The notes under the pieces were generated by a model. The model was not told the origin of the DNA and did no database searches. It saw only the letters and a list, made by a program, of their open reading frames with translations. The position numbers were made by a program, and so were the translations under genes. From Zygnema circumcarinatum SAG 698-1b (taxonomy: Eukaryota; Plantae; Zygnematophyceae): 64,000 nt of DNA. Shown here one piece after another: positions 22,950 through 40,592 of this stretch; position 1 is the stretch's first letter; each line of letters starts with the position of its first letter. The DNA lies in the NCBI GenBank assembly GCA_037447605.1, contig CM074814.1, positions 1,612,001 through 1,676,000 on the forward strand, given 5' to 3'.

Positions 22950-23380
22950 TCAGCAGGAGGAGAGAGAGAGAGAGAGGGAGCGAGAGAAGAGAGAGAGGGA
23001 GAGTGAGAGAGAGCGAGAGAGCGAGAGAGAGCGGGTGGTCGGTGAGGGAGGGAGGAAGACATGACAGCCCGGACCGCAGGGCGAGGCCTTGGGGAGGGCC
23101 CCGGGCAGCCGAAACGTAATACAGGCTGCCCTATACCCGACGCAAGCGTCCGCGATTGGGCGAGCGTCGGCCGGGCAGCTCAAGTCTGGCAGCGAGCTGC
23201 CCGCAAGGGAAAGGTGTGGCCCAAAATGGCGGGCCGCGCTCCTACCTCATCTGCCCTGTGGATAGGACTGTACGGACGGACAGGTGGCGCCACCGCCGTG
23301 GGGGAATGCTGCCGTACGGTGCGCGCGACGTGACGGGACGCGCCGTAGGGGGGCTGCGCCTGATCGGAATCGCGGCGACG
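22950..23380 (-). repeat. Right arm of long imperfect inverted repeat
   Basis: Reverse complement of 19135-19540, e.g. ACAGGTGGCGCCACCGCCGTGGGGGAATG at 23280-23308. Confidence 0.88.
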
Positions 23381-23398
23381 GAGGACCAGAAAGAATTT

Positions 23399-23730
23399 CA
23401 GCTGCCCGACCGCCGCTCGCCCAATCGCGGACGACTGATTCGCTGGGAGGGCAGAATAAACCATTTGAATGCTGCCCGGCGCCAAACTTGAGCTGCCCGG
23501 CCGACGCTCGCCCAATCGCGGACCTTTGCTTCACGGTTGGGGCAGCCAAAACCATTTCCGATCTGCCCGAATCCAGACTTCAGCTGCCCGGCCGACGCAC
23601 GCCCAATCGCGGACCTTTGATTCACGGTTGTGGTAGCCAAAACCATTTCCTATCTGCCCGTGGCCAGACATCAGCTGCCCGGCCGACGCTCACCCAATCG
23701 CGGACGTCCGCGAAGGGTAGCCGAAAACAT
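23399..23730 (+). repeat. 91-bp tandem repeat, ~3.7 units, CCAAT-containing
   Basis: AGCTGCCCGGCCGACGCTCGCCCAATCGCGGAC core; units start at 23399, 23490, 23581 and 23672. The same core lies inside both inverted arms. Confidence 0.9.
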
Positions 23731-23733
23731 TCC

Positions 23734-24450
23734 GGGCCAAGGGCTGGACGGACCATGGGTTGGATCAACCATTGGAATGGTCGCGATTGGCAAGCCGTTG
23801 GTTCCCGATCCAGCCAACCATTGGATCCAATCGTTGGGCGGAGCGGGAAGCAATTGTCCAATGGTTGCAGCCATTGGCAATGGTTGGCTATATAGCCAGC
23901 CAATGGTTGCAACCATTGGAAACAATGGTTGGTTGGGCCGGGAATGAATGGTCCAATGGTTGCAGTTATTGGCAATGGTTGGATGGGAAGCTAGCCAATG
24001 GTTGCAGCCATGGACAATGATTGGGTGGGGCGGGAATCAATGGTCCAATGGTTGCAGTTACTTGCGATGGTTGGCTGGAAAGCCAGCCAATGGTTGCAAG
24101 CATTGACAATGGTTGGCTGGAAAGCCAGCCAATGGTTGCAACCATTGACAATGATTGGGTGGGGCGGGTATCAATGGTCCAACGGTTGCAACCATTGGCA
24201 ATGATTGGGTGGGGCGGGAATCAATGGTTGAATGGTGCAGTTATTGGCAATGGTTGGCTGGGTGGTCAGCCAATGGTTGCAACCATTGGTAACGATTGGG
24301 TGGGGCGGGAATCAATGGACCAATGGTTGCAGTTATTGGCAATGGTTGGCTGGGAAGCCAGCCAATGGTTGCAACCATTCGGCAATGGTTCGGTGGGGCG
24401 GGAATCAATGGACCAATGGTTGCAGTCATTGGCAATGGTTGGCTGGGAAG
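23734..24450 (+). repeat. Satellite header + 92-bp palindromic satellite, block 7
   Basis: Same consensus; ends ~350 bp upstream of the FAH ATG. Confidence 0.9.
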
Positions 24451-24798
24451 CACTGGAATAACTTTCCGTTATTAAACCTTTTTTGTTTATTTTAAAATCT
24501 TCCCCGCGTGAAAAGGGTTGTGTCGATCCTAAAAAGGGGTGGATTTATCAGTTCCCAAAGGAAAACACGCAAGGGACCCGTTGGCGCAATATCAAATATA
24601 TTTGATACGAACCGAGAAAACCGAATGGCGCGCGAATGGTACAATGGTCAATATCGAGTACGTCTCGATTCGAACAGAAATTGGAGGTGCCGCAGCGCGC
24701 GCGAGGGCGAGGGAGCGGGGGAGGGAGAGGGTGAGGGAGAGGACGACGGAGGGAGGGAGGGAGCGACAGGCCTTCGGAGGTGCGAGGCCGTGGCAGCC

Positions 24799-30042
<5,244 letters not shown>

Positions 30043-30063
30043 TCTGGCGGAGGTGGAGGAGGA

Positions 30064-30094
<31 letters not shown>

Positions 30095-30104
30095 NNNNNN
30101 NNNN
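30095..30104. other. Assembly gap (10 N) after poly-G
   Basis: N run. Confidence 0.99.
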
Positions 30105-30163
30105 GGCAAGGACAGTGGGGAGGGAGGGGAGGGGAGGGGAGGCAGCGGTTCTATGTTCAAAAT

Positions 30164-30580
30164 TTAGCGATGAGTTCGCAGAGGTGAAAACATCCTTGCA
30201 CTCATTGTGCGGATAATATGAAGCACCTCTGCTGGCATAGAGGGAGCATCGCCAACATCCTCCTGCAGAAGCAAGACATTTTGGAGATCAGGATGAATGC
30301 AGGCAGGCATTTGATTACTAAGAACGAAAAGGGCCTAAAAAGCGCACTTACCCGAACCTTCACGAATGCGTCGACTATGATACCAATCAAGAGGTTGAAT
30401 ATAATGAACACCATGAGGATGATGAATGACCACCAGAAGAGCATGGCTGCCAAAAGCTCCCAGCCTTTCAGCTCGACCAGGAATGCATTCACCGAGTCAT
30501 CTCCCAAGAGCGCGTTGAAACACGTGCTGAGGGGGATAGCCAGCGATCGGAACTAGATCGGAGCAGTCCCTTCCAAAGTC
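30164..30580 (-). pseudogene. Polycystin-2 (PKD2/TRPP)-like cation channel fragment: pore helix, S6 and next exon
   Basis: *FRSLAIPLSTCFNALLGDDSVNAFL...LFWWSFIILMVFIIFNLLIGIIVDAFVKVR, GTAAGT intron 30351-30263, then EDVGDAPSMPAEVLHIIR...*. An in-frame TAG lies just upstream of FRSL. It sits between two N gaps. Confidence 0.7.
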
Positions 30581-30920
30581 ACCAATTGTAAAAAGTAGCT
30601 ATTCACATCCTCCTCCTTCTGTGATGACGTAGTTGATCCTGCATCCCAAATCACACCGAGGGATAAAGACCCTAAACTCTATAAACATCACCAAAACCTT
30701 GATGGCAGGATGCAGCCTACAGTGCTCCTACTACAATGAAAATGGCTGCCTTAATCTCACCACAGAGCAATCGCTGCCACCATAATGGATAAAGAGATGA
30801 AGTCCAAAACATTCCACAGCTGAGCGAAGTGTGACACAACAGAACCATACACACGATAGCAAGTGATCAATTCTCTCAGCTTCCTCTTCCTCCCCCCCCC
30901 CCCCCCCCCCCCCCCCCCCC

Positions 30921-30930
30921 NNNNNNNNNN
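30921..30930. other. Assembly gap (10 N) within poly-C
   Basis: N run. Confidence 0.99.
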
Positions 30931-31279
30931 CCCCCCCCCCCCCCCCCCCTTGAGATCAATGCCACATCATTCCTTCTGCAAAATCTCGGTTTCCCGCCAT
31001 TCCAAGACGTTGTCTTGCACTCCATCTTTCCCTCTCGCTCTCTCCTCTCTCCCTCCCTCTCTCTCGCTGCCCCACCCGCCGTCACTCTCTCTCGCTCTCT
31101 TGTTTTTCCCGACAGCCCTCTCCACCTCTCCCTCTCCCTTTCTCTTCCTCTCCCTCGCCCTCTCCAGTCCCTCTACCTCTCACTTCCGCCCTTTCCCTTT
31201 GTCTTTGCCCTTCCCCCACTTTCTTCATAGCCGCGCCGTCCGTCTCCTTCTGCGGGCCTTGTTTGGGGGGGAGGCAGCC

Positions 31280-34200
31280 ATGGCGGAGAGGGAGGCCCGC
31301 GCCCTGGAGGGCTTGCGCGTAGCGGCAGCAGCAGCCGCGCGGCCCATCCATGGCCGCGACGTTGCTAAGTTCTGCGCACTCTTGCTGTCAGGGCTGAGGC
31401 GGGAGGAGGAGGTGGAGGAGGAGGAAGAGGAGCAGGAGAGAAAGGGGGAGGAGGAAGAGGAGGAGGAGGAGGAGGAGGAGGAAGAGGAGGAGGAGGAGGA
31501 GGAGGTGGTGGAGGAGGAGGAGGAGGGGGAGGAGGTGGAGGGGGTCATGGCGGATCGACTAATTCATATGGGCATACTTGATTCGCTGGAGGCTTGTATG
31601 CGATTCGGGTATGCACAGGGATGCTCTTTCTTTCCTTTTTCTCTCATGGAGCTCTCCTTAAATTGAGCGCCCCGAACACTCTGTTTCTTTCAGGGACTTC
31701 ACCCCTTCAGAAATTTGTAGTTGAATTCATCACTGGGATTTTAGCTTTTTTTGGTGTGAAAATCCTCAAATTTCTTATTTACAAACGCCATATGTAGCCT
31801 TTCAAATGACCATGCTTACTTGTAGCGGTGGAGTCGGAACAAATGTAAAATGTTCTTTTGTTGGAGGACATTGCCACCTTCTGGTTCCTGTATGTGTCTT
31901 TCTTTGATAATTGACTCTTTGAGGAATCAAAAGTCCGTTCATTGAATCCTTTAAAACACGTGGCATTTGGTTTTGTCAAAGTGAGCCGTAATGGTGATAG
32001 ACCCTTACTTTTTGAAGTGCATTGCTGTGCAGGCACGAGTCGCTTGCTATCTGCCGCGTGGCAGAGTTGGCAGGAGCTTTAGCTCTGTCATCGTACAGTG
32101 CAAACTGCCACGTGGCATCACACAATGGCATCGTAAGGGCTCTTGTAAATCTCGTGAAGAGTGATGGAGGAGTGGAGGTGATGGAGGTGGCAGCCCTTGC
32201 AATGGGACATTTGGCAACTTCTGCGAACGGCTGCAGGGCTCTCCAGGAAGCTGGGAGTGTTGCCATCCTCTTGTAGGTGCCTTAGATGTGGCTTTCCATC
32301 TCCACCATCACTCGGCATCTGTGGCAAGTTTGAGTTGGTGAGTAGATTCTGACAGAGGAGGGTTCTTGGATTTGTAATGAAATGAGTAGGGCCGATGTGT
32401 TCCTTCAACCATGCTCCCTTTTTTCGGTTGAGAGAAGTGAACATACATTATGTGACGTTCTCTCCGTTTCTGCCGTTCCCCTTTTTTTGCAGAGAAGCGT
32501 TTGTAAAGATTGCACGATCGACTTTTGTTGGCACTCCCCCCCTGGGTGTTTGGGAAGAAGTAGACCAGGGGAATAGCTGTGGTGGCTTCGGTAGTTTCCC
32601 GGCACACCTAATGCTGCAGGAGGGGAAGCAAAATCGGCCGAAAACTGAATGTGAACAGAGGTTGCGGAAGAAACAGTTCATTGACAATCAGAGCACGAAC
32701 CCCGCTGTTTGTGCAGAAAGCACACCCGTGAAGTTTGTCTCAACAGGATGCAACAGTTTAAAGGAAGCTGCTGACAAATGTGGTGGTGTCCTGTGCGGTA
32801 AGATTTGCAGCAAAACCGGAAGTGATTGTCATGCGAAAGGTGTCTTTATGGAGGTTCACAGGTGCATGGAAGCCCTTGTGTCGACATTGCACGCAGTCAT
32901 GCTCGGACCCTGTCCAGTCCTCTCTGCTCCAATAAATAGAAAAACACTCTTAGCAGCAGTTTATGGTTTGCAAGTCGTGTACGGCGTTCAACGAAAGTCA
33001 GACGTGGTCGACAAATTTCGAGTAGCGATTGGACAGTTAATCGTGCTGTTGGGTATGCTAAGCAACATAGGAGAAGAGAGGGATGGGATGGAGAGGGAAG
33101 CTTTTCAGACTTGTGAGTTTGGGACCTTCCTTGCGGGTCATCAGGGTGGTCTGGAGAATTTCTTTAAGGAGTATTGGGAAAGGAGACCCCTTCTGGTGAG
33201 AAGAAGGCAAGCTTCCCATGAAGCAGTCTCCAAAACGGAACCCAACACAGAATGCAGCAAGTTAGTCCATTGTGTTCAGTCTCCCATATCCGAGATTCAT
33301 AACGGGAACGAGTCACAGAATGAGAAGCCGGAAAGTGTTTCGCTCTTACAGAGCATCAGGGAGCTTCAGAGTGATGAAGCTGTTTTCTCAGATTTGCTGC
33401 CAAAATGTATAGCCTGCCCTACCGCACCATCGTATGATTTCGATCCTGCTGCTGTGATCAAAGCAATGGGAGACAAGCTAGGAGGCCCTATGGTTTCTGG
33501 ACAGGATTTGTCCCTAGTAAGAACCAATGCTTCGGCTCCTGGTCAGCAGGAAAACTTTTTCTCCGAGCACAGTCTCAGGCAGACAAGAAATGGCGTGGTT
33601 TCCGCTGAAGACTGCATAGAAGCTTACAGGGAGGGATACTCTATTGCCCTCAGAGGATTGACATATCGATTGGGTAAAATAGCTGAGTTGTCTGACAGCA
33701 TAGCAGAGTTTTTAGGACAACCTTCTGCGGGAGCCAACCTTTATTTGACCCCTGGCAATAGCCAAGGGTTGGCCTGTCATTACGATGATCATTGCGTCCT
33801 AGTCTGTCAGATGGCGGGCTGCAAAAAGTGGACTGTTTATCGAGCAGAGGTCAAAATGCCTTCACTTTATGAGACTCGGCATACGCCACGTGCTTCAAAA
33901 AGTGATGTTGAGGGGGAGTATGTTCTTGAGCCAGGGGATGTACTCTACATACCTAGAGGGTACCCCCATGAAGCAAGCGCCATAGGATTGAGGGGTGATG
34001 GAGAGGCAGATGTTGGAAATGGCATGGAAGGTGGAGGGGCAGAGAGTGAATTTCCTGAGGAGGGTGAAGCTTTTGGAGATGTTTTCGAGAGGGGGTTTGC
34101 GGGAGGTTCAGACTGTGGTGTTACTTTGAGACCATGCAGCAACAAAGGAGATTATTCGCTCCACGTGACCTTCGGACTTGAGGTTGAGCCTTTGTTTCAG

Positions 34201-35278
34201 TAAGGAGCCTGTTACTTCAAAAGAAACTTCTTGGAATGGATTTCAGAGGCATAGGCAGATACATTGGCAAAGGTCTACGTTCTTATTGTGAGCTTCAGAT
34301 TTAGTTTGATGCTGTCTTGGCTGTTGCGGGTGTGTTGGCTGAGAAATTTCGGGTGTGTTGCTCCTCTCTAAGTGTGCCCTCTGTGGTGCTTCTAGGTGGG
34401 AAGGCTTCCTTCACATTGCCCTCAGCGCATGGCGTCTTCAAGAAGTAAGTGATGGAGGGAGAGGGCAATCACACATGCCAGAAAGTGGAGGTAGGGAAAG
34501 CAGAAAGCGGCCGCACACAGCTGTCCACTTTTCTGACGAAGACGGTATAGCTTTAGGCTCAAAATGGTTACTTCACTTAGGCATCCATTATCTGGCAAAC
34601 AAATATCCTGAATTGAGAAAAGCCTGTCTGGTGGGCAGCAGTTCTGATGCAGCTATGGGTCATACTGCTTCGGAGCTATTTGGCAGAGATGATACAAACT
34701 GTGGAGCAGATGAATCACAGGGGATACAATCCGCTGAAACTGCCTCTTACAACCCTAATAGAGCAAGCAATCTGACGCAGCAAGAGCTCACATGTGACGT
34801 TCAAATGACAGAAAGGTTTCAATCACGGGAGGAAATGGAGCAGCATCGTTTGAATAAGGTACCTCTGCCATGGTTCCGTGGGCTCATGAAATGGGTTTGT
34901 AACAACTGCAGCTTTGGTGAAGCAGTTCGAACATGTGAGAAGCTTCTGGAGATGAAGGACTTAGAAGAAGACGGAGGCCATAGAAACGGGGGAACAAGCC
35001 CCCCCGATGTTTGTTCGTTTGTTCTCCTTGAGCAGGTGTTTGAAGAGGAAGGGCTTCCTGCCATTCTTGCCAAGCTTGACACCTTAATGCACACTTCAAA
35101 AGTCGCCCTGGAGACGGCTTTCACGGCTTTCAAGGAGAGATTCACGGAGCATTGCTCTTTTGAGGATTCGAAGGTGGCGTTCATGTTGAGGTTGGCTTCA
35201 CTGCGAGATGGAAGGAGAGCCTTCACAAGGGGGATGCTGCTGCTGCATGAAGCCAATGCTCCGTTCAGTTTTGTGTAG
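31280..35278 (+). CDS. JmjC/Cupin_4 2-oxoglutarate oxygenase (NO66/MINA-like) with N-terminal poly-Glu and ARM-like region
   Basis: Exons ~31280-31608, 32033-32272, 32493-34199 and 34396-35278. Motifs FFKEYWERRPLL, GANLYLTPGNSQGLACHYDDH (HxD), LEPGDVLYIPRGYPHEA (distal His), SLHVTFGLEVEP. Confidence 0.88.
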
Positions 35279-35960
35279 TGAAGGCTCCATGCAGTGCACT
35301 TGGAAGCCATTGTGCTTCCAATGACTTTAAAGAATGGTCGCTTCGCGAGAAATCCGAATTGAACTCGAATGGATGGTTCCTTTTGCTGCATACCATTGCA
35401 TGGGTGCTCACGGCGGCACTGTACATGTTTATACCTTATCACCCCCTGTTTTTTCTCTTTCGAATTTTCAATACTCAAAAAATCATGATTGCGAGACAGC
35501 AGTCTTCTTGCGTCTGAGACTTTGCCCTGCTCTGATATTTTCAGCACATAGGCGTGCCATGTCGCTCCTGCGGTACACGAAGTAGAAAGCTTAAAACCCT
35601 TCAGGCACTGAAAACCCTGAAGTCTCTAAATGTCCTTTGGCCCAAGTGTTTGTCCAATACATGGAAAGTGGTCCGAAAGTGAGGTCCATCACCAGGTTAT
35701 GTGAAGACTACCAAGCAGAAAGGATGAATCCTCACATCTTTTCGGTCAGATTGGCTAAGTCGGCGAGTAGACTTGGGATCTGACTTCCAATACTTCGACA
35801 TGAGATGTGGCCTTCCAAATTCAGATATGTAAATATGATTAAAGGTAGAGTGAAGTGGTTCCAAAGAACGAACTAGAAGTGGCTATAACCCCACCGCCCC
35901 CCCCCCTTTCACTTTCCCCTTGGCTTATTACGTATTGGACAGTCTTCCCAACGGGACTCA

Positions 35961-36095
35961 AGGGGGGATGTGGCATTGATCTCACGATGGCGATGCCATC
36001 AAATGCACATGACGAAATCATCACCGGGAACCACGAGAAACTGGTCGCAACGGACCTAAGGAGAAAAGAAAAAAGCTAGGAGGCGAAAGGCCATT
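35961..36095 (+). repeat. Dispersed repeat, copy 2 of 3
   Basis: GGCATTGATCTCACGATGGCGATGCCATCAAAT...GGGAACCACGAGAAACTGGTCGCAA. Confidence 0.75.
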
Positions 36096-36671
36096 CTCCA
36101 TAAGACGTACCAATTAGCGGGCCCCAAACAGCGATAGCTGCCGTTAACAGCAGAATTCCTTCCATTAGAGGTCACAAACTGTCAATTGACATCCAATCAA
36201 TCAGTCGAGATCTGATTCGAAGTCCACACTGGCAACCCCGCGGCCACTCTCATTGTTGGCCGATTTTCCACGTGGGTCCGCAGGGACGCCGCTGGTTCGT
36301 CGACGCGCACATTATTGGTCCTTAGTGACCTCCCAAGTGACTTCAACAGCAGGTGCTCTCAGTGAAGCCCGAGTCAGCCACAGAGGACCGAAAGCAGTGC
36401 AACTTCGGCAGAGGACGGTCAATGTAAAGCACATAGTTGTTAGGATCAACAATTTTAGGGCTGATAGAGAATGGCCCTCAGAGGCCAACCCTGCGTTGGT
36501 TAGGAAACAGCCCATCGAATTATTTAACTTTTATAAAAAAGAAAAGAAAACATGCCGAAAATATTGAGAAAACGACCTGCAAATAGAACCTACGCCTCTG
36601 CCTATAGTTGCTTTAGTTTCTCTTACCTACCCCTCCCTCCCTCCCTCCCCCCATCTCCCCCTGCACACAGG

Positions 36672-39600
36672 TCAGGACGCCCCCTCCTCCGCAGGCGCCA
36701 CACTAAGCTGCTTGTCCGCCCACAGCCTGAACCGCTTCACCCGCAGAGGGAGGCTCTCCACCCTCTCCTCCGCACCGCCCTGCGTTGTCTCGAGGGCGCT
36801 CTTCATGGCAGAGGCAGAGCTCCCCTCCCCCCCCCTACCTTGAGGGAGGCTCTGGAGGCATCTTTTTCTCTTCAGTCTAAGGAAGAAGTCTTCGGTGTCT
36901 AGCACATATGACACCTGCACAGCACAGTTCACTTTGACAATGAGAAGATCGACCCACCTCCGAGACGAGAGAGACGGAACCATAGGTGAAGGCAAAGTTT
37001 TGAATGTGAGTCTTGCCTAAGGGGATGATGGCACATTGAAGCCATGGCTTAAAAGTAAATTTAAGCGTGCTCAAGTGTGGATGAGTGCAACCAACGCACC
37101 TTAGATGTGCTGCACGAGATCTTGCATTCTAGGCCATTAAGGACTCGTACGGCATCTATCCAGCTCGAAGCCGCACTGCTTCGATTGCCTTTCGTCGTTG
37201 ACCTTTTTGCATTCCTGCAATCGCACCACGAATGACAGGGTTTCAAACTGCAAATGGAGCACACGTAAAGTAGTTGGTCCGCAAACTTCATTAGTTACCG
37301 AACCGAGTCCAAAGTTTGAGCAACATAGCGAGGGCTTCTCCTACCTGTGCAGGAACACATGGGGACGATCTGAAACGGATTCAGAGGCAGAGCTGAGAAA
37401 CTGAGAGAGGTAGTCACTGAAAACTGGGTCCAAACTGCCCGTGGGAACATCCAACTTCTCCGAACCACCCTCCATAAGCTGCATTGTGAGCACCCCCATT
37501 GAACTAGCTCCGGATTTCTGCAAAAAGACCAACAAGTAGTAAAAAAATTACCAGAAGAAAACGGGCACCTAAACTACAAGGTGTCCAGACAACCAATCTG
37601 CCAATCCGTGCATGAAGAGCGGGCCCCAAATCTTAGAACGTTACAGTCTGAGGAAAGCTTGAACTTTGTGAACTAAAAATTTAACAAACACTCAAGCTTA
37701 GCCGCCGAGTTTTGTATCCGCCGACACCATGTCATAGCACGCTGCAGGTTGCCAAAAATGGTAAAGCAAGTAGCTTACATGTTCAAGGCGATAGACATTG
37801 TCATCCTGAAGAAGCACGCATGAGTTGGCGTGGTAAACAAGGTCAACAAATCCTCCCGGGGCCCGCCCTTGCTCATAGGAATGAAGGACGAGCAGCTTGT
37901 TCGACATTTCATCCGTTACGGCAGTTTGCAACTGCAGAGAGCCCGATTCACCCAGACAACCATAGACAGTCAGAATTTGACAATCTTCCCTGACTCTTCC
38001 TTTCTTCGTCACCTTCTTCTTCTTAGCATGCATTTGCCGAACACCAAGATAAATAAATAAGATAAACAACAGAAACCTCAAAAGCATGAAAGTAGGGAAA
38101 CAATGCAAATGAGACAAGGATTACGAGACAAACAAGATAAGCATGTAACTATACCTGCTTTACAAGCTTGTAAATGAGCTTGTCCAATGTGAAGAGGACG
38201 TAGGATTGCGTGCCGATAAGGCTTCGACAGTCATCTTCAAATTTCGTATTCTCTATTGTGCCGTCCAGCAGATTATACAGAAGTTCCATGAACCTGAAAA
38301 TTCACCATGAACCAATTACGGAAAGCCATTTCCAAACAGCTCCCAGTGTCCTAAAAACGTATGAACTCCAACAAAAGCATGACATAAACTAGAAGGCAAA
38401 GGACTCCCATACTTAGTGTAGGGATCGAGCGAGTTTCCATCGGTTTTGCTGCTCTTCCACTTGTGCTCCTGCGACTGAGCATTGGTCTTTGCGGAAAGTA
38501 TGCGTTCATAAAGAATCTGCCAAAGAGAACATGACAGAGTACAAGTTCAGTATAATGGGCAAGGGGGCTCCGCTTCTATCCTGTGCGTCTTCACCTGATT
38601 GAAACTAAGATAAGCCCTAAGATATATTGAACCTTTCAAACCCAAAAATGAGTTTCTTTACTCACTGCCAGATGAAGAAAAATCACCTGATGTAGTCGCA
38701 AGAGTATGTAAAAGACATCGTTTGCATAAAAAACATGGCTGCCATTCGTCGCAGTCGGAACACCCCCACTGAGGGAGCCCGGATGAGGGGCTAAAGGCTT
38801 GCAATGGAAAAACCGGCCATCTGGTGAGCTTGGAGAAGATATTCCCTCCGCCTCCCCATCATCTGCATCACCTCCTCCTTCTGCCTCTCCCTCACTCTCT
38901 CCCTTCGCGAGATGTTCATGGTCCTCATCGTCATCATCATCATGCTCCTCATCGTCATGCTCATTTTCACTGTTTGTATCGGACTCTACACTAGAGCTCC
39001 TGCCTGAGGACCCACTATCCTCTCCCTCTTCATCCCCTCTCGCATGCTGCTGATGGGCCTCTCCCTCTCCCTCTCCCTCCGCCTCCCCATCGTCATCATG
39101 AGCATGCACGCTCTTATGCTTGTCTGCTTCCTTGAAGCTGATCCCATTTGCGACCAATTTCCGATTTTCGCCTCCATCGCCTTCAGCTCGTTCGCGTTGA
39201 GGAGCAGAAGGCTCCTCCTCCTCAGGGGAGGGAGAGAGCTCTCCCTCTTCCCGAGGAGATCGCGGTTGAGCTTGTCCCTCAGTTGCACCTCCCATTACAG
39301 TGTCAACAGCAGCTGCTTCTGTTCCCTGTTAAGATATAAGATATAGATATAGGCATGCCGCATTAGTCAGCCTTGACTTCACTAAACACATTGCCAAGGG
39401 AAGAGCTGCAGAACAAGTACAAATAATATGTCCTAATACTTTGGAAAGTGTACTACAACACTCTGATAATAGAATAGGAAGATCACGTTTCGAAGGAAAA
39501 TTTACTACAAGCCCATTTATCTTGGGGTTTAACAACTCAGATGTGCAGAAATGTCGATTTTTTGCCACACAACATCCATGTAAAGACAAATCCTTACAAC

Positions 39601-40561
39601 TTGTCTTGATGTAGTCAGTTTCCAAAGGCAAAGAACATAGCACACAAAAAACAAAGCATAAACGAGTATTATTCAAACTATTCCTCTTCACCTTTATGCT
39701 TGTTTTCACATAGATTTATGTGTCCATATACTTCTTGGTAAATACATATCTTCGATCATCCAAATAGACAAGACAGTCACAGACAGGAAATGGAGTACAA
39801 AATGGAAATGAAGCAAAAAAGTCCATACCGGGTCTGGTCGATGAACCTCCCCCAAAGCACCTGCTTCGCCCCTGCTTTCCGTTGCCATCGCCTGCTTTCC
39901 ATGATCTCCACCACCGGCAGCCATATTATGCCCACCCAAAGCTGAACCATCCTCTGGAGATGCTCGAGCTGACTGCTCCCCTCGAACAGGAGGGAGAGAA
40001 GGCTCTCCACAGAGAGCGCTCTCCTTCAGCCTCTCCTTCACTACTTCAGAAACATCCTCTGTAAGGCAAGGCCCACTAATTTTGCTCTCTCCTTGAATTT
40101 GGCTAGACTCGCCCCCTGCAGTGGTTGAGACATGGGGGTCTACCTCTTCAGAGGTCAATTTTGGATTCGGTTCTGAAGCAGTATCTTGGTCAAGCAAACT
40201 TTTGCCTTTACTTGCCTCTTCTGCATCTTCCGTTCCGTCGGGACGAGGGGGCACGCCAAGGAAGGGCTCTACAAATGCAGTCCAAAGCTTCATCACATTC
40301 TCGCTCTGTTCACTTGAGCTGCAGACTTCTTCGGTGGAGAATTTGATTATTTGGTAGAGGTCTTCATGGATGGATGGGTCTGGATACTCATAGAGCATGT
40401 CAGGAATGAGGGGTCGACGATTGCCGGCAGCAAGGGCTAAAAGTGTATTGTCATCGTCACGTCTTTTTTTGTCGTTGATGTCTTTTATGTCGGAAAGCAT
40501 GGCTGCCAAGAAAAAGGATAAAGAAAAACTCTCCTATTCAGCCTTCTTCTAACACCATCAA

Positions 40562-40592
<31 letters not shown>

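Noticed and set aside
19100-23420. A 9-11 bp target-site duplication for the inverted-arm cassette
   Set aside because: Looked for on both flanks and no convincing direct repeat was found, so the cassette is not called a mobile element in the feature list.
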